DNA of 64,000 bases from Dehalococcoidia bacterium (GTDB lineage Bacteria; Chloroflexota; Dehalococcoidia; UBA2979), in the NCBI GenBank assembly GCA_965219085.1, contig OZ244720.1:2496001-2560000 (forward strand), given 5' to 3'. Under the pieces are notes generated by a model. That model was not told the DNA's origin and made no database searches. It worked only from the letters and a program-made list of their open reading frames with translations. Of this stretch, positions 59,421-64,000 are shown one piece after another. Numbering within the stretch: position 1 is the first letter of the stretch; each line of letters begins with the position of its first letter. Both the position numbers and the translations under genes were made by a program.

Positions 59421-60242
59421 CTACCGCCACCACAGTCCGAGCGTGAAGGCGCGCCGTACCCTCGCGCGGCCGAGCGCGCGCTCCGTGTCGCGGAGCGCCG
59501 CCTGGCGCCAAGTGGTCTGCCCCCTGCGCGCGAAGCCTCGCAGCGGCTGCGTCTCCGGCGGCAGCGTGAGCCCGTGTCCCTCGAGCATCTCTAGCTCGAG
59601 GTCGAGGATGCGCGCCTCGGTCGCCAACCAGCGCACGCCCCAGCCGTCGGCGGCATGGTCAGCGCGCAGCTCGCGCCACTCCTCGACGAGCGGCCACGCC
59701 TCGCCGTAGACATCGGGGTCATCGCCGGCGGGCTCGACCGTCACCACGTCCGGGAACGGCCGTCGCAGTGCTGACGCAGTCCGGGGCCGCATCCCCGCGA
59801 CCGCCGGCGTCGGCTTCGCAACCGGGGGCTCGCCGCCCGGCGCAGGCGTCGACGAGTGATCCTCGTCCCGTTGCTGAGCCTCGTCCCCCGAGGATTCGCT
59901 CAGGCTCCCCTGACCCTCGCCCGAAGGCTCCTCCGCCAGCGCGGCCAGTTCGGCCTCCAGTTGCCCGATGCGCCGCTCCAACGCCCCGACGTGCTCGGGG
60001 TCCGCCTCCGCGCCGCGCCTGCCCCGCGACGCCTCCAGGCGTTCGAGTGCGTCCCGCACGTGCGGGGTCAGCCGGCCCGACTCAACGACACGCTTGACCG
60101 TCTTGTAGTTGACCCCGAGCAGGTCCGCCGCCTGAAGCCGGCCCTGCTCCGCCACGACCTCGCGCAGCAGCGCCATGAGCCGCCGCTCGCGCTCCGCGCC
60201 GGCGTGAGGCTTCCCGCCTCCAGTCGCGTGGGTCCCGTCCAC
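59421..60242 (-). CDS. hypothetical protein with putative N-terminal HTH and coiled coil
   Basis: AADLLGVNYKTVKR; divergent from the mobilisation genes. Confidence 0.65.
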   Translation of the reverse strand: MDGTHATGGGKPHAGAERERRLMALLREVVAEQGRLQAADLLGVNYKTVKRVVESGRLTPHVRDALERLEASRGRRGAEADPEHVGALERRIGQLEAELAALAEEPSGEGQGSLSESSGDEAQQRDEDHSSTPAPGGEPPVAKPTPAVAGMRPRTASALRRPFPDVVTVEPAGDDPDVYGEAWPLVEEWRELRADHAADGWGVRWLATEARILDLELEMLEGHGLTLPPETQPLRGFARRGQTTWRQAALRDTERALGRARVRRAFTLGLWWR

Positions 60243-60576
60243 GTGCCTGCCTCCCCCATCCTCTCGACGGCCATCACCGGCCTGGTGCTGCGCCCATCAG
60301 GTGCCGCACACGGAGCAGGCTGACCGCCCGTAACCGCCCCGAATCCCGGTTCCCTTCGTGGGCACTGCTGTCCGCGTGGCCCGGAACACGGCCGAACACC
60401 GCAGTGCTTGCTGCGATGTAGCCGGCAGCCCCCGACACCCGTATTCCCCTTGCGACGCAACACTCACGACCGCCACTTCCCGTTCGGGAACTCACGCCTT
60501 TCTCTGTACAGGCCCCGAACATCCGCACGGCTCCGCAGCACCGATCTCAGCACGATCGGCGGCCCGCCGTGGAGGC

Positions 60577-60612
60577 CCTGTAAGGGGGCTCGTCGAGAGG
60601 CCCCCCTACAGG
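60577..60612. other. inverted repeat, candidate oriT/nick-site hairpin
   Basis: CCTGTAAGGGGGC-N10-GCCCCCCTACAGG (12/13 paired) upstream of the coupling-protein/relaxase genes. Confidence 0.35.
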
Positions 60613-60719
60613 CCATTAGAAAGCGGACGCCCGGCGGCCACACTCGATCGTTGACGCCGCGAGCAACGGGCGCGCGGCGAGGACACCCGGAATGACCCGG
60701 TAGGAGAAGGAGCGAAACG

Positions 60720-62223
60720 ATGAGACTCAACCCTTTGCGCCTGTTCAGGCGCCACAACGACCCGCCGACGCTGCTGGCGCTGACGCCGCCGCGCACGGGT
60801 GAGCGCACGCTGCTCGCCGTCGAGAACCTGCTCGGCTCGATCGCCGTGCCCGAGCCGTTCTCGCTGGAGCTGGCGGGCGACGCGGATGGCGTCACGCTGC
60901 TCGCGCGTTGCGAGAGCGACCAGGTCGTGCGCGGCCAGATCGCCACCCGCTAAAGACCTGCTCGGGCACGTGCCCGAGTCGCTGATCGACCAAGTGCGGC
61001 TGGTCGACCTCGCCGACGCGCGCGGCGAGCCCGGCATCAACCTGCTCGACACCCGCGTCTTCACCGACCGCGACCGCACCGCCGACTCGGTCGTGCGCGT
61101 GGCCAAGGGCCTGTGGGAGCAGTGGGGGCCGCGCATGCAGTCGATCCTCGAGCAGACCGTGAAGACGCTGCACGAGGCCAACGCTCACCCCGACACGGCG
61201 GCGGACGAGCAGCACACGATCCTCGACGGCCTGCCTCTGCTCTCAGACGAGGGGTTCCGCGCGAGGGTGCTGGAGAAGGTGAGCGACGAGTACCTGCTGC
61301 CGTGGTGGGGGCGCGACTTCGCTTCCTGGACACGCCAGTACCAGGCCGACGCGCTGGCGCCCGTGCAGACGCGGCTCACCTACTACGCCTCCTCGAAGCG
61401 GGCGCGGGCGATCCTCGGCCAGTCCCGCTCCACGATCGACCTCGGGAGGACGATCCTCGACGGCGGCATCCTCTTCGTCTCGACGGCGCAGGGCACGGCC
61501 GGGCGGGACGTGGCCGCCCTCGTGGGCTCGTCGATCCTCAACCTCGTGGACGCCGTCATCCGCGAGCAGGGCGGGCTGCCGCCGGAGCAGCGCCGGGGCG
61601 CGCTGGTGGTGGTGGACGAGATGCAGGCGATGCCGGGCGTCGACTACGAGGCGATGCTCTCGGAGCTGGGCAAGTTCGGGGCCTCCTTCGTGCTCGCCAC
61701 GCAGAGCCTCGCCAAGCTGTCCGACCTCTCGCCGACGATGCAGGACACGCTGCTCGCCAACGTCGGCTGCCTCGCCGTCTTCCAGGTGGCGGGCGCGGAC
61801 GCGCGTCAGCTCGTCTGGGAGCTCGGGAAGGAGCGCGTCACCGAGGAGGACATCGTCTCGTTGCCCGTGCACCACGCCTACGTGCGCGCGAGGGCGAGCG
61901 GCGAGCGCATGTCCACGTTCTCGATGGCGGTGCGCAAGCCCGAGGACGGGAACCCGGATACCGCCGAGTGCATCCGCGCGGACGCCGCGGCCTACGTCAC
62001 GCCGGCTGCCGACATCGCCGAGCGCGACGCCGGGGCGCGGGAACGGGCCGAGCGCTACCGCGCGGGCCTGGGCGAGCTGCGGAAGGACAGGAACGGCGCG
62101 CAGGCGGCGGAGGGTCCAGCCGAGTCTCCCGAGCAACCGAGGAAGCGCAAGCAGCGCAGCAGGCGCGACCGCAGGCCCGGCGGCGACGCGCCGGACGCGC
62201 CGGGGGATGAGCGGGCCGGATGA
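60720..62223 (+). pseudogene. VirD4/TraD-like type IV coupling protein, internally deleted
   Basis: 77-aa N-terminus stops at 60953; another frame continues DLLGHVP..INLLD..WGPRM..VVVDEMQ..LATQS..LLANVG; no Walker A seen. Confidence 0.8.
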
Positions 62224-63987
62224 GTCCGGCTGCGAGCACCCTGGAGGTGCTGAGCCGGCTGGCCGCGATGCCCTTCCTCGACCGGCTGGAGCTGGTCGCC
62301 GTCTCCGGCTGGTCGAGGGGCGCGGTCTACGAGGGCGTCCGTCGCCTCGAGGACGCCGGGCTCGCCGCCTCCGTTCCGCACGCCACGGAGCTGATCGCTC
62401 CCACGCGCAGGTTCCACCTCACCGCTGCCGGCGTGCGCGCTCTCGCCCTCGAGGAGGGGATGGTCGAGGAGGAACTGTTGCGCCAGCGCCCCGTCTCCTC
62501 GCAGTGGCAGCGCATCCTGCTGGAGCGCCTCGACTCGGTGGCCGCGATCTACCGGCTTGCGTGCGCAGCAGCGCATCCTGCTGGAGCGCCTCGACTCGGT
62601 GGCCGCGATCTACCGGCTTGCGTGCGCAGTCTCCGAGGTGGGCTGGCCCATTCGCTTCCGCTGGTACCGCGGCCTGCCGCTGGACGCGGCCATCGCGCTG
62701 CCTGGCGGGCGCTACGTCGGCGTCGTGCGGCTCGGCCGCAGCGGAGACCGCACGGGCATCGCCAACCGGCTCTGGCGGCTGCGCGCGGGGTCGCTCCCCG
62801 GCGCGGTGCTGCTCCTCGTCCCGGACGAGGTGCACCTCCGTCATGCGCGCGGGTTGCTGGCCGGCTTCCCCGTGCCCGCCGTCCTGGCGTTTGAGCGCGA
62901 GGCGGTTGTCGCCCCCAGCGATGCGGTCTGGCGGCTGCCCTCGGTCAACGTTGCCATCCCTCTCGGCACAGTCCTCGACCGGGCGGTTCCGCACGGCGTG
63001 CTGCCCGAGGAACGACCGCTCGCACGCGCGGCGCCGCCCACCAAGCTGGCCCTCGATGCGTCGGGGCGTGACGTGCCCAAGTGCCTGTTGCCCGCCCTGC
63101 TCAGGCCCGCCGAGAAGCGCGCGCTCGACTTGCTCGCCGACTGGCCATGGCTGAGCCCGGAGCACCTGCGGGCTCTGCTCGGCGTCTCGCGCGCGCGGAC
63201 GGCGCAGATCACCTCGGCCTTCCGGGACCACCGACTCGCGGCGCGCGTGCCCTCCGCCAACGGCCGTCTCGTCCTCACCGAGCGTGGGCTGACGCTGATC
63301 GCCCGGCGCGACCGCACCTCCGTCGGCCTCGCGAGGAAGCGCTGGAGCGCCGCGCCGCTGGACGGCGGCGCCGCGGGCGGCTGGCGCGATGTCGCCGGGC
63401 GGCGCAGCCGGCAGTTGCTGCGCAACATCGAACACACCGCCGCGGTGCACGGCTTCATCGCGGCGCTCGCCGCGCAGTCGCGCGCCCTCGGCTGGGATCT
63501 CGTCCAGTTCGACCCACCGCACCGCGCCTCGTGCTACTTCCGCCACGACGGACGCCTGCGCTCGGTCCTCCCCGACGCCTTCGCAGTGCTGCGCCGCGAG
63601 AATGCGGTGTGGCCGTGCTTCGTCGAGTGGGAGCGGCGCGCGGTGCGCCCGAGCACGATGGCGGCAAAGCTCGCGCCCTACCTGCGCTACTACGCTTCGC
63701 CGCGGCCCACCGACGACCACGGCGCCCGGCCCGCCGTGCTCGTCGTCTTCGGCGACGATCTCGCCGCGCACCACTTCCTGCGCGTGGCCCGGCAGGAGAT
63801 GGACCGCACCGGCGTCGACCTGCCGCTGCGGGTCTCGCACGCGAGCCTCGTTGACGCGGAGGGGCCGCTGGGACCGGCGTGGCTCACGCCTGGGGGCGGC
63901 TGGGAGCCCTGCTCGCCCGACCTCCCTATGATGGTTCGTGACGGCAATCGATCGGAGCACGCCACTGGACTGGGCGACCATCGTTGA
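62220..63987 (+). pseudogene. replication-relaxation (Replic_Relax) family protein, frameshifted
   Basis: HTH-like N-terminus, EHTAAVH, PDAF, FVEWER, KLAPYLRY; a 61-bp duplication splits ORFs 62220-62894 and 62557-63987. Confidence 0.78.
62507..62628 (+). repeat. perfect 61-bp tandem duplication
   Basis: 62507-62567 equals 62568-62628 (GCAGCGCATCCTGCTGGAG...GCGTGCGCA). Confidence 0.95.
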
Positions 63988-64000
63988 CATCGAGGCTGGC

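Overview
High-GC bacterial chromosome segment; gene content suggests Chloroflexota/Dehalococcoidia (inference). About 1-38.7 kb is core-like: suf Fe-S operon (sufR-C-B-D), MaoC/acyl-CoA mutase/PhaB-like cluster, AlkA, peroxiredoxin, GltD-like oxidoreductase, Fur-family regulator with metal ABC transporter, ECF sigma/anti-sigma, PGI/PMI, SLC13 permease, cysC-sat, two CoA-transferase III genes, a PPC-domain exported protein, HtrA plus response regulator, an MFS transporter and a VWA lipoprotein. From about 38.9 kb to the end is an accessory island. It holds an IS256-broken RCC1-repeat lipoprotein gene, IS3 and IS5 elements, a type III R-M locus with an embedded MNT-HEPN pair and a RelE-like/UvrD helicase, and a decayed coupling-protein/relaxase module. 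The best novelty candidate is a translationally coupled pair at 42118-44081: a ComEC-type metallo-beta-lactamase with an extended C-terminal tail, followed by a lone E2-like/SEC-C protein with no E1, JAB or CD-NTase. It is divergent from a HigB-like/HTH-ImmA peptidase pair across a palindromic operator. All family calls come from motif recognition by eye; no searches were run. No rRNA, tRNA or CRISPR array was recognised.
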